DNA from: a virus
Lineage: Duplodnaviria > Caudoviricetes
Virus record (IMG/VR): IMGVR_UViG_3300047157_000104
Coordinates: 1 to 62,485 of that record
Direction: 5' to 3' (one strand)
DNA: 62,485 bases
The translations under genes were made by a program, and so were the position numbers. How positions within the stretch are numbered: the first letter of the stretch is position 1; each line of letters opens with the position of its first letter. Below the pieces are notes generated by a model that had not been told where the DNA came from, ran no database searches, and saw nothing but the letters and a program-made list of their open reading frames with translations. Positions 36,104-45,466 of the stretch are shown here, in pieces.

Positions 36104-36715
36104 TTATTTTTTGTACCTAGCAGACAAACAAGATTGTCCAGATCTTTTTCTTTGTTGCTTCTTAGCTTGTCTTTTAGCTTTTCTTATTTGTCCTTTTCCT
36201 CCGCCTAATTCCATTTTAGCTGGAGATTTTTTAGTTTTTACTATTCTAGGCATATTAGTACCTACGTCGTACTTCTTAGTTGTAACACCAGTCTTAGGAT
36301 CTGTCTTCTCGCTTATTAGCTTTGCTTTCTTACCATTGTCTTTCATAGCGGCTGGGCTTTTCTTTTCTGCCTTGCTAGCATGAACTGCTTTTCTTTGAGC
36401 ATCGCTTGCGTATTTTTTAGCTGGAGAAGCTTTTTCAGCTGCTTTTTTAGCTATCATTTTTTTAGCTGCACCTACTAATAGTTTTTTACCTACAGCTGCT
36501 ACAACTGGAGCCAACTTAGCCGGAGAAGATTCTACTGCATCTTTGAACTTGGGATTGTTGTCTAGCTTACCGTCTGCTGCAGCTTTCTTTAAACCTGCAT
36601 TAAATTTGTAAGGAGATTTTTTTAAAGGAGATCCTACGCCTGGTAGTTGAGGTTTAGTACCATCAGTACCATATCCTTTAGTTTTTAACGTTTGATAAAT
36701 GTTTGTTGCTTTCAT
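36104..36715 (-). CDS. Lys/Ala-rich basic protein with SP[LAY]K repeats
   Basis: 203 aa, six SPxx motifs, histone H1-like composition. Confidence 0.65.
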   Translation of the reverse strand: MKATNIYQTLKTKGYGTDGTKPQLPGVGSPLKKSPYKFNAGLKKAAADGKLDNNPKFKDAVESSPAKLAPVVAAVGKKLLVGAAKKMIAKKAAEKASPAKKYASDAQRKAVHASKAEKKSPAAMKDNGKKAKLISEKTDPKTGVTTKKYDVGTNMPRIVKTKKSPAKMELGGGKGQIRKAKRQAKKQQRKRSGQSCLSARYKK

Positions 36716-36717
36716 TT

Positions 36718-38337
36718 TTAGTTGTTTTTATTTTTTGACCCAAAACCACCCATTTTAAAAGGTGTTTTGTCTTTGTTTGAATTCATTCCAAATGCTGAGT
36801 TACCACTAAGACCTGTTATTTGTTTGCCTTGATTTAAGCTGCTTCCTTCGCTCAACTTAACATCTTTCTGGTTAGAAGTGTTTTTTATTTTAGCTAAGTT
36901 TGTCTTTGAGTCTACAACAGGAGTTCCATCAGGAGCATCATCAGCCGTAGCTCCTCTAGTAGTATCTGTAGTACCAGTAGTGGCACCATAGTTTTTACCA
37001 GCTTTAGCTTGCATATTAGATCTAGCTTTTGCTCTAAACTCCATAAGCTCTTTAACGTTAGCAAAAGGTAGGCCAGTGTCTGGATTTATTTTTTCTCTAT
37101 CTTTTCTTTTAGTTTTTTTTCCTTCGTCTACTGCTAACTGCTTATAATAGTCTCTTGTACCTTGCCTTATATCTCTATTTTGCGTTTGACGTTTTTGCTT
37201 AGCTGCTAGGTTTAGGTTTCTAGCTTCGTAAAAAGGCATATTATACGTACCTGGAGTTCCCTTCGTACCTTTTACAACAATAGTATCCTGCTTGAATGTT
37301 GACGAAGAAATATCTGAGCTGCCACTATCACCAGTGCCACTTACGTTAGGATATTTTTTATCATAAGCAGATCCTCCTGTATTACTTAACCAATTTTTTT
37401 CTGCTAGTTCAGAACCTGTTGCATTAGGAAATTTCTCTCTAAGAGTTTTCATGTATTCAGCAGGATTTTGAGCCATCTTAGTTCCTATAGGTGCTTGCGT
37501 TACATTTGAAGAACCTCTTGAAGACCCTTTTGAACTTGAGTTTTTAGTAGTTAAAGTACCATACTTGCCGTCTCTTATTACTTTTCTTGACTCTTCAGTA
37601 TATTCTTTACTAGCTGTAGTTTCGTTATCTTTTAATGGAGAGTTATAATTTAATGGAGAATTATAATCTCTTCTAGACTTCATTGTTATAGGTGTTGCTT
37701 TCATTGTTATTGGGGTTACTGGGATCATATCCATAAGCGTAGGCACAATAGGTCCAGGAAGATCTACGTCTATGCCTTTTGATTTTAAAGTATTTGACGC
37801 TAATTCTTCTTTATGTTTTTTTACTTTTTGTTTCTGTAGTTGTCTCTCTATAACAGAAAGCTCGTCATTGTCTACATTTCCGCCTCCATCTTCAGCTGAA
37901 CTTGTAGGCTTACCTTTTAATACGTCGCCATAGTTTGTAAACTTTTTATGCGTCTGCTTATTATTTGCAACTAGGTCTGTGTCTGACATTTTAGTCGGTG
38001 AACTTTTCTTTTTATTTTTCATATGCTTAGTTTTATCATACGCTTCCTTTTCCCAAGGTAGGTTTTTAGCACCTTCATTCATAGATGATCTAGGATATGC
38101 TTTACCTTTCCAGTAAACGTTATTGTCGTCATAGTTTAAATCGCCACGATTCATTTGGTTTAAATGAACTTTTTCGTGTGCAATAGCTTCTTTTTCAAGA
38201 GGTGAACCTTTTTTAACGCTTTTGTCTACATATATAGACCCATCGTTATTTGCTTCTGCAATTACACCTCCGTCTAGATCTTTTCTAATTACAGGTGTTT
38301 TGCTGTTTTTTACTCTGTTTGTGATTGGTTTTGCCAT
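36718..38337 (-). CDS. Zincin-like metalloprotease domain fused to a low-complexity SP/TP-repeat tail
   Basis: GSIYVD...AIAHEKVHLNQ...PWEKEAY (HExxH plus downstream Glu). Confidence 0.6.
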   Translation of the reverse strand: MAKPITNRVKNSKTPVIRKDLDGGVIAEANNDGSIYVDKSVKKGSPLEKEAIAHEKVHLNQMNRGDLNYDDNNVYWKGKAYPRSSMNEGAKNLPWEKEAYDKTKHMKNKKKSSPTKMSDTDLVANNKQTHKKFTNYGDVLKGKPTSSAEDGGGNVDNDELSVIERQLQKQKVKKHKEELASNTLKSKGIDVDLPGPIVPTLMDMIPVTPITMKATPITMKSRRDYNSPLNYNSPLKDNETTASKEYTEESRKVIRDGKYGTLTTKNSSSKGSSRGSSNVTQAPIGTKMAQNPAEYMKTLREKFPNATGSELAEKNWLSNTGGSAYDKKYPNVSGTGDSGSSDISSSTFKQDTIVVKGTKGTPGTYNMPFYEARNLNLAAKQKRQTQNRDIRQGTRDYYKQLAVDEGKKTKRKDREKINPDTGLPFANVKELMEFRAKARSNMQAKAGKNYGATTGTTDTTRGATADDAPDGTPVVDSKTNLAKIKNTSNQKDVKLSEGSSLNQGKQITGLSGNSAFGMNSNKDKTPFKMGGFGSKNKNN

Positions 38338-38777
38338 TATCGTGTTTTGTCGTTGATCATTTTATCAATGGCTGAGTTGAATACCTTGTCTGTGTAAGAT
38401 TTGTTTTTAAAAAAAACACTACGTTCAGAAGTAGGTAAGTCTTCTTCAGCCAGCAATATTCTGTATATTCTGCTTATTAGCTGTTGGCATTTAAATGATG
38501 TCTTAAAAATGCTGTATTTGATTGTAGTGCGGTTACGGTGCCTCCATGTCTCTATCCACCCTTCTTGCCTAAGCTTATCCCACCGTTGTTTGTTCCAAGA
38601 CATAGTATATGTCCCTTCTATAAATTCTTGTCTAGTAAATCTGCCAATGCAGTCTAAAGCTATCAATAGCTCTAACTCGGCATCGGTTAGATTATAAGTT
38701 TTACAGGCCCATTTTCTAACGAGCCTGTAATACTTAAATAATTGCATTTGTTTTAAATCAGATGCAGTAACCCTCAT
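38337..38777 (-). CDS. Putative winged-helix DNA-binding protein
   Basis: NLTDAELELLIAL...WDKLRQEGWIE pattern resembles MarR-type wHTH. Confidence 0.4.
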   Translation of the reverse strand: MRVTASDLKQMQLFKYYRLVRKWACKTYNLTDAELELLIALDCIGRFTRQEFIEGTYTMSWNKQRWDKLRQEGWIETWRHRNRTTIKYSIFKTSFKCQQLISRIYRILLAEEDLPTSERSVFFKNKSYTDKVFNSAIDKMINDKTR

Positions 38778-39034
38778 TATTCTACGATTACTACGTCTTG
38801 TATTTGAATAACTTGATATATAGTGTCGTTTTTAGTTATACTGTGCCCAGCGTGCCTATCATAGTATACTATGTCTCCTTCGCTTAGCGTATCAGGTATA
38901 AGATCACCATTACTAATGATCTCTCCTTTTAAGTACCTATTTTCACTATCGATGCTGTCTGTAATATCTAACCCAGCGATTTGTTTCTTTTCTTTGATAG
39001 TCTTAACTATCATGTAATAACTAACTGCTCGCAT
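38777..39034 (-). CDS. groES: Co-chaperonin GroES
   Basis: 85 aa next to GroEL; GLDIT...KGEIISNG...EGDIVYYD...IQIQDVV. Confidence 0.8.
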   Translation of the reverse strand: MRAVSYYMIVKTIKEKKQIAGLDITDSIDSENRYLKGEIISNGDLIPDTLSEGDIVYYDRHAGHSITKNDTIYQVIQIQDVVIVE

Positions 39035-40613
39035 TTGGTATTCTTATATTAGATATTACACAATCTGCAGAAATTATAGTAGAAACAACACTCACTGCAT
39101 TTTTAAGCGCTGTCTTAGTAACTAGTAATGGATCTACAATGCCATTATCAATCATATTAACATTTTCACCAGTTATTACGTTACAACCAATACCTTTGTC
39201 ACCTTTTATTTCGTAAGCTATACCAGCATTATCTAATATAGTCTTATATGGTGCTCTTATTGCGTTGCAAAATATTTCTAAACCTGCGTTATCACTCATC
39301 TCTAAGTTTGCATGAATATTTTCAAGCTCAGAAGCCGCGTCCATTAGAGCTACACCTCCGCCAGGTACTATACCTTCTTGCAGAGCCGCCTTGACTGCAT
39401 ATATTGCATCCTCCACCCTGTCTTTTTTCTCTTTCAACTCAACTTTTGAGTTTGCTCCTACGCGCACAACACCGACAGAACCTGATAGCATAGCTAGTCT
39501 TTGCTCTAGTTTGCGCTTTATGTAGCCATTTTTCTCAGCTTTAATCTGATCTTTAACTTCTTTTATTCTACCAGCTAAGCTTTCGTCAATTGGTAGCGTA
39601 GTTATAACAGTATTTTTACTGTCTGTAACCACAAACTTGGCTTGACCAAGCGAATCTGGCTGTATTAGGTCTAAATCATCACCTAATTCTTCATTTATAA
39701 CCTCTGCACCTGTTAAAATGGCTAAATCATCTATAGTTTCTTTGCGCGTTGGCCCAAAACCTGGAGGATCTATGATATTTACGTTAATATTACCTTTTAC
39801 TTTATTCATTAAAAGTGCTGATTTGACCTGTTGCTCAACTTCAGCTACTAAAAGTAGTGGTTTTTTGTTCTTTATAACGTATTCAAGTACACTTTGTATC
39901 TTTCTAAGGTTAGGTATCTTGCTTGAAACGATCAATATAACCGGATTTTCAAGTTCACACCTGTTCTTTTCAGTATTAGTAGCAAAGTATGGTGATGTAA
40001 GCCCAGATTCTATTTGTACACCGTCAACTACATCAACGTATGTTTCATCTGTTTGTGACTCTTCCATCAAAACCACACCATTTTTGCCAACTTTTTTATA
40101 AGCCTTGGCTATTATGCTGCCAAGTTGGTTGTCATTGTTACAGCTAATAGAACTAACGTGATCTAGTGTAGAGTTTTTAACCTTAACACTCATGTTTTCT
40201 AATATTGCCGTAGCTTGAGCAAGGCCTGTGTCGATGCCATTTTTAATCTCTCGCACCGAACATGCTTTGTATTGCTCTTTATTGACCTCTTTAATAAGTG
40301 ATTCAGCAAGGACGATAGCCGTAGTGGTACCGTCACCTGCTTCTTTCACTGTATTTTTAGAGGCTTCCTTAATAAGTGTGGCACCTATGTTTTCAACCGG
40401 GTCGTGTAAGACTACGCTATCCGCAACGGTTACACCATCTTTTGTGATCACCGGTTTTCCCATGCCATCTTCATAGATGACACATTTTCCTGAAGCGCCT
40501 AAGGTTGATTTAACTGCTTTCGCTAGCTTCTCAACGCCACTTATAACTTTCGTTTTTGCATCAGTGCCAAAATCTAAATTCTTGACAATCTGACTTGGTA
40601 AATTATATTCCAT
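39021..40613 (-). CDS. groEL: Chaperonin GroEL (phage-encoded)
   Basis: AVKSTLG, ITKDGVTVA, AGDGTTTA, PGFG, KKDRVEDA, GIVPGGG, GIVDP. Confidence 0.95.
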   Translation of the reverse strand: MEYNLPSQIVKNLDFGTDAKTKVISGVEKLAKAVKSTLGASGKCVIYEDGMGKPVITKDGVTVADSVVLHDPVENIGATLIKEASKNTVKEAGDGTTTAIVLAESLIKEVNKEQYKACSVREIKNGIDTGLAQATAILENMSVKVKNSTLDHVSSISCNNDNQLGSIIAKAYKKVGKNGVVLMEESQTDETYVDVVDGVQIESGLTSPYFATNTEKNRCELENPVILIVSSKIPNLRKIQSVLEYVIKNKKPLLLVAEVEQQVKSALLMNKVKGNINVNIIDPPGFGPTRKETIDDLAILTGAEVINEELGDDLDLIQPDSLGQAKFVVTDSKNTVITTLPIDESLAGRIKEVKDQIKAEKNGYIKRKLEQRLAMLSGSVGVVRVGANSKVELKEKKDRVEDAIYAVKAALQEGIVPGGGVALMDAASELENIHANLEMSDNAGLEIFCNAIRAPYKTILDNAGIAYEIKGDKGIGCNVITGENVNMIDNGIVDPLLVTKTALKNAVSVVSTIISADCVISNIRIPNASS

Positions 40614-40637
40614 TAAATTAAATTGTTTTGTTATTAA

Positions 40638-40931
40638 TTACTTATCAAATGTTTTAACTACTTTCGGTCCTTCTAGATAATCTAGTTTCTTAGTGTAGTG
40701 TTCGATGCTAGCATCAATTGCTGCCTCAGCAGACTCGATGGTCTCTCGGCGTGTTACGTCGCACCAACTATTGTCGATGTGTTTGTACTCTGTTTGGTAG
40801 TACCCATTTGGTAATTGAACTATCCTCCAGTTTGCTTTGTTAGATAGGTGTTTCCAGAAGCTAATTGTGTCTTCTGATACTTGTGGTTGACCACTCCACG
40901 TATTGTTGGTCCTGTAATAAAGATACGTCAT
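40638..40931 (-). CDS. Conserved hypothetical protein
   Basis: 97-aa ORF (NWRIVQLPNGYYQTE...DVTRRET). Confidence 0.6.
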   Translation of the reverse strand: MTYLYYRTNNTWSGQPQVSEDTISFWKHLSNKANWRIVQLPNGYYQTEYKHIDNSWCDVTRRETIESAEAAIDASIEHYTKKLDYLEGPKVVKTFDK

Positions 40932-40985
40932 TGTATATTAGGTTGGTTGGTTTGTCTAGGGTGCATTTGGTTCCACGGACCCTAG

Positions 40986-41228
40986 TTACGCGGATTTGTT
41001 AACTTCTCCTCTGGTGTGAGTAGCTCGGTTATAGGCTATAGAGGTTCTTCGCAATACTCCGTTTGGTTCATGGTGGATGTCGGAATCTGACCTTTGGCCG
41101 TATGCTTGGTTCTCGGCTTTTCGCTTACGTCTCTTAGGCGTCATTGCTGCTGCCTTGTCTCTAGCACGTTTACGTCGTAGCGCAACTGGTGATAGACCTT
41201 GTGAGTTACCTGCTCGTTTTATTGCCAT
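40986..41228 (-). CDS. Basic protein with degenerate HNH-like motif; first gene of the late block
   Basis: Arg/Lys-rich, SDIHH...SIAYNRA; probable start MAIKRAG at 41228. Confidence 0.45.
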   Translation of the reverse strand: MAIKRAGNSQGLSPVALRRKRARDKAAAMTPKRRKRKAENQAYGQRSDSDIHHEPNGVLRRTSIAYNRATHTRGEVNKSA

Positions 41229-41267
41229 GTTAGGATAATCACATGTAAAGGTCACTATTTAAAAAGG

Positions 41268-41312
41268 GTGACAAAAGCCTGTTACTTATATACTCTTATA
41301 GGCTAATGTCAC
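41268..41312. promoter_or_regulatory. 45-bp imperfect palindromic site A (operator/origin-like)
   Basis: GTGACAAAAGCCT...AGGCTAATGTCAC; reverse complement is 35/45 identical to 49719..49763. Confidence 0.7.
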
Positions 41313-41593
41313 TATTTTTGGCACGTTAGATATATAGGGGTTTTGTGTTACTACTATACACCTCGCCGCCCACTTATAAAAGTAAAATGCTATTTTTATC
41401 ACCAGCCCCACCCTATTTAGATCCGTTCCAGATAATTTTATGGCGTTTTCCTGGGCGATTACCTACGATCTTACCTCAGCTATAATTATATTTCCTTAGA
41501 TTATTTCACATATTACTACAGACATTCTATGTATAGCACCTTACAATCTTAATACGAGAGTATCTAGATAATATATATGAATAACAACTACAA

Positions 41594-41833
41594 ATGAATA
41601 ACAAACAAACATTAACTTACGACGAGTACTTAGAAACACTAACAGATTATGCAGCAGATTTATTCTACGAACATGCACCGTCTCCAGCTGACGGATCAGT
41701 CGATCCATTCATAGAAAAGTACATACAAAATGCTTTCAACAATGGAGTAACATATCAACTACTAACAATAGATCTTACACTATTACTCCAACAAAGAACT
41801 AACTACTTAAATAAATTATTCTTAAATCAATAA
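41594..41833 (+). CDS. Early hypothetical protein
   Basis: 79-aa ORF after motif copy 1. Confidence 0.6.
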   Translation: MNNKQTLTYDEYLETLTDYAADLFYEHAPSPADGSVDPFIEKYIQNAFNNGVTYQLLTIDLTLLLQQRTNYLNKLFLNQ

Positions 41834-41874
41834 CTTACAAAATTAATACGAACTAATAAAGATAATACTAACAT

Positions 41875-42126
41875 ATGATATTAACACACAAACACTTTCG
41901 AAACTTACAAACTCTATCTGAAGAGATCGATCTACTCATCGACAACGAAGAATACGTAGAACATCTACAACTGGAAAATCCAGAAGATTACCTAGTCTGC
42001 TACTCTTACATACATGATATATTCAAACTCGCTAAATACTTAATAACTTATGGAATAGAGTTTCAACACTTAAACTGTCCACTATCAGATGAATCATTTC
42101 TACTAATAAACTTTAAACAGAAGTAG
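41875..42126 (+). CDS. Early hypothetical protein
   Basis: 83-aa ORF after motif copy 2. Confidence 0.6.
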   Translation: MILTHKHFRNLQTLSEEIDLLIDNEEYVEHLQLENPEDYLVCYSYIHDIFKLAKYLITYGIEFQHLNCPLSDESFLLINFKQK

Positions 42127-42264
42127 AAAGAGTGTGAGCAATACTACTAACAACAAAACAATAACAAAACAAAGTATATACTTTTACAAACTAAATACGA
42201 TGTAAACTGGATAATACTAATACAAACAAACAAATAATAATTAACTAATAAATAATAATAACTT

Positions 42265-42501
42265 ATGTCAAATCAAAATTCAATCACAAGCAAACGTTTC
42301 GTAATCAGAAAATCACTAATCGGTAAAAACACTGTAATCAAAGTCGAGTTCAAAAATGGTAAAACATTTGAGTACAATCACGACAAAGCGTTCGAAGTAA
42401 TGAAAGATAAACTCGAAGCGATGAACTGCTGGGAAAAGTACAAATCATACACTTCCAGTACAAGTGTTCCAACTCCACTACGTAACGCAGAAGTTGTGTA
42501 G
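42265..42501 (+). CDS. Early hypothetical protein
   Basis: 78-aa ORF after motif copy 3. Confidence 0.65.
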   Translation: MSNQNSITSKRFVIRKSLIGKNTVIKVEFKNGKTFEYNHDKAFEVMKDKLEAMNCWEKYKSYTSSTSVPTPLRNAEVV

Positions 42502-42524
42502 TGTACACTGGAAACTCTAAATCA

Positions 42525-42569
42525 AGTTATGTTGGCACTTAAATGTGAGTTCGATTCTCACCATAACTA
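42525..42569 (+). ncRNA. tRNA minihelix-like element (acceptor stem plus T-arm, no anticodon arm)
   Basis: AGTTATG/CATAACT 7-bp stem, GTGAG-TTCGATT-CTCAC T-arm, 13-nt linker containing GG. Confidence 0.6.
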
Positions 42570-43302
42570 CTATGCAAGTAATATTAAACAACTCAAAAGA
42601 AACGATCGACTTCACTCAAGTAATACTAAAACAAATGGCTGGTGAACTAACTCGCGAGCAAGTACAAGAACTAATAAATAAAGCAAGAAATGAAAAATAA
42701 TATGAATAAAGAATTTGAAACAATACTACGCTGGAATGACAGCACAGAAACATTAGATAGACTATATCGCTACGCAGATGGAACAGAAGTTGTATTCTCT
42801 CGTGGAGTTGATAGAAGAAACGAAAATACAAAATAAATACGAATAAAGTAAGATAATATATATACAATATGAATAGAAGAATACCACACTGGAACAAAGT
42901 AGCTCACCCGTACAAACTAATGTACAAACGTAATCAAGAAACTGGTGCACTTGATATAATCAAAGCATACAACAACGATAAAGGTGAAATCACATCAATC
43001 AAAACAGTAGGTAAAGGATAATTATGCAGAAACATTCACACACAAAATTAAGTAAAGCAATGCTATACACGCAAATAGTGGCAGTATTGTCAGTAGTAAC
43101 AGCAATGGCGTTCGCCATGTACACAATAATAGTAAGATAACCATGAAGAAATCAATATTAAAAGTATTAGCAATAGTAGGATCGATCGAGTCAGTAGGTT
43201 GCTTCTTAGTAGAAGAACCAGCGATGGGTTATATCTTTGCGGTGATCGCAATACCATCAATCCTAGAATTAACTAACATGCACATTAAAGAACAAGAACA
43301 AA

Positions 43303-43566
43303 ATGAAGATAGTAGTAAGTAAACAATCAATAGAAAAAGCAATGCTAACAAAAGTAAATGCAGCTATAAATGTAGCAAAAGACTGCGCTAAGAGAGGTAT
43401 AACAAGTTTTAACATAGCTGTACCTGAAGGTGCTGGCTACACTCAGTATGACTTCATAAATGAAGTAGAACACTTGACAGAACATACAGTATATGCAGGT
43501 CATAGAGCAGTGTCAGGCGAGTCAATTAAGTTTTCAATAGCAGAAGAAGATAGAATATATGGATAA
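43303..43566 (+). CDS. Early hypothetical protein
   Basis: 87-aa ORF within a run of tightly packed short ORFs (about 42570-43860). Confidence 0.55.
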   Translation: MKIVVSKQSIEKAMLTKVNAAINVAKDCAKRGITSFNIAVPEGAGYTQYDFINEVEHLTEHTVYAGHRAVSGESIKFSIAEEDRIYG

Positions 43567-43676
43567 AACACTAATTATATGGGCGCTTGAAACGCTAAGA
43601 GAGCAAGCACTCGACGCAGAAGAAATACAACTCGTAGCAAGAATAACAAAAGAAATTAATAAAGTAAAAGTAAATT

Positions 43677-43862
43677 ATGCAGAAGAACATTAAAAAAGCA
43701 ACACCAGAATTTTTCCACGCCTCAATATTTGACATAGTACACGTAAAAGAAACAGGTCAATCGATCGTGGTAAAAGAAGAAGAGTACTTAAAATTCTATG
43801 ATGATCGTGTAGAGATCGCGTCATCAAGTGAAATACCATCGTGGATAAGAGAAATGTATTAG
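43677..43862 (+). CDS. Early hypothetical protein
   Basis: 61-aa ORF ending just before motif copy 5. Confidence 0.5.
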   Translation: MQKNIKKATPEFFHASIFDIVHVKETGQSIVVKEEEYLKFYDDRVEIASSSEIPSWIREMY

Positions 43863-43903
43863 AATTTACAATACAAATACGAACACTATAAGATAATAAT
43901 AAC

Positions 43904-44122
43904 ATGAATATACAAATTTGCAAATGCGGCGGGCCAATACACCCAGTAAGAATAAAACTATCATACAAAACTTGTGTCAAGTGTAGTACAACTGAACCTT
44001 ATGGCGCAGTACCTATCACTAACCACAAAACAGGTAATAACTTTCAGTTTATGCCAAAGTCACAAGCAGATAGTATTAATAAAGCCGCAAGGCGCAAAGG
44101 TTATGGAACATGCTTAAGATAA
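43904..44122 (+). CDS. DksA/TraR-like C4 zinc-finger protein
   Basis: CKCGGPIHPVRIKLSYKTCVKC resembles the C..CG..I...R....C..C pattern. Confidence 0.55.
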   Translation: MNIQICKCGGPIHPVRIKLSYKTCVKCSTTEPYGAVPITNHKTGNNFQFMPKSQADSINKAARRKGYGTCLR

Positions 44123-44307
44123 TAAAATACACTATATGAATAAAATTAAAACATTAGAATTAAACGACTTCGGAGTACCAAGTAAAATACAAATTACTTA
44201 CACCGATCAAGAACCACAAGTGCTAAATAAAGTAAACACAACTTACTTTTATGCAGACAAGAAGTATAACTCGTACTCTCAATGGTACACAATAAACGGT
44301 AACACTT

Positions 44308-44703
44308 ATGTATAACTACAGTAGCATAAAATTCGAAGATCGCCACAAGGTGGAAGATGCTTTCGCAAAGTCAATGGAAATAATATATGGTATACAAGAA
44401 GTAACTACAACTCGCCAGCGTAGTAATGGTACAAGATCATTTCTTATGCCAACAGGCCAGCGCATCGCTTGCTACAAGTCAGGTTATGTAAGAAAAGTAT
44501 CTCCTACAAGTAGATGGTATCAACTAAACAAGAAGTACCTTAAAGAAACTAGGTGGACCGTAATGAGCAATGACGGTAGTTTATCAACTACAAGATCTAT
44601 GTGTTGGGAGCGTGAGCTAATACTAAGTCCACTTGCACGTATGAAGTATATGCTAGACTTCTACCTTAGAAATTACAAAACAAATACGAATAGTAATCGA
44701 TAA
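44308..44703 (+). CDS. Early hypothetical protein
   Basis: 131-aa ORF; its 3' end runs through motif copy 6. Confidence 0.6.
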   Translation: MYNYSSIKFEDRHKVEDAFAKSMEIIYGIQEVTTTRQRSNGTRSFLMPTGQRIACYKSGYVRKVSPTSRWYQLNKKYLKETRWTVMSNDGSLSTTRSMCWERELILSPLARMKYMLDFYLRNYKTNTNSNR

Positions 44704-44710
44704 TAATAAC

Positions 44711-44902
44711 ATGGAAAATATATTTAACGAACAAACATATCTCTTTGTACTAGACTTTGACGATGGCAAGTGCTATAGATATAGATACAACACGTCAATG
44801 GGTAAGATAGAAGACTTTATAGAGCAAGCAGGTCATAGATTAATGTTTGTAGAGTATATGTTAACAGAAAAACCAATAGTAATGTATGTAAATTATGAGT
44901 AG
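44711..44902 (+). CDS. Early hypothetical protein
   Basis: 63-aa ORF after motif copy 6. Confidence 0.55.
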   Translation: MENIFNEQTYLFVLDFDDGKCYRYRYNTSMGKIEDFIEQAGHRLMFVEYMLTEKPIVMYVNYE

Positions 44903-45289
44903 AATTATATCACCGTGGGAATTAGCCTACACAAAGTTAAAAGAACACTACAGCAAAGATCAAATAGACGATATGCTATGGTGTGAAGTTGAAGAATTAT
45001 TAATCAGAGAAGAAAGAGATGCAGAAGAAAATTGAAGACATTGCTAGCGGTGTTGCTATACACATGCAAGAGCTGCTACTAGACACGGTGGATTGGCAGA
45101 TAGACGATCTACCACACGAAAAAAGACAAGAGCTAATTAAGCTATCTGTAGAAAAACTACAAAGCTTAATAAGCTAAAGACACACCCAGCGAATAAATAA
45201 CAAACCTCGGTAAATTGAATCAAATCAAGGCAAGCGTTCCTTCCTCCGGAATTGTTTCATGAGCAAAGGTAGCAAATGACTGGGTATAT

Positions 45290-45466
45290 GGGCATAAATG
45301 GATTTTAAATAGCGATTAAAGGCGTAATCCTGACGAGGTGTAATAAGCGGCTCGATGAAGGTTTACTTATCCGTCATAGTGATGACACCCGACCAGGAGG
45401 CAATGAAGCTATGTAGGTAAGTAATAAAGCTATGGTAGGCAGGTTCGATTCCTGCCATGTCCACCA
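45290..45466 (+). ncRNA. Short tmRNA/tRNA-Ala-like structured RNA (177 nt)
   Basis: 5' GGGCATA pairs with 3' CATGTCC-A-CCA (G3:U70, A73, mismatch at pair 7); T-arm GCAGG-TTCGATT-CCTGC; unpaired TGGATT D-loop mimic; ATAGC/GCTAT helix. Confidence 0.6.

Noticed and set aside
20-40476. Many + strand ORFs in the late block (and - strand ORFs in 42-60 kb)
   Set aside because: Antisense shadows of real genes with Ser/Leu/Phe-rich nonsense composition
43875-43895. AATACGAACACTATAAG resembling the T7/SP6 promoter
   Set aside because: Only one copy has CACTATA, the N9 spacer is otherwise variable, and no T7-type RNA polymerase is in the window
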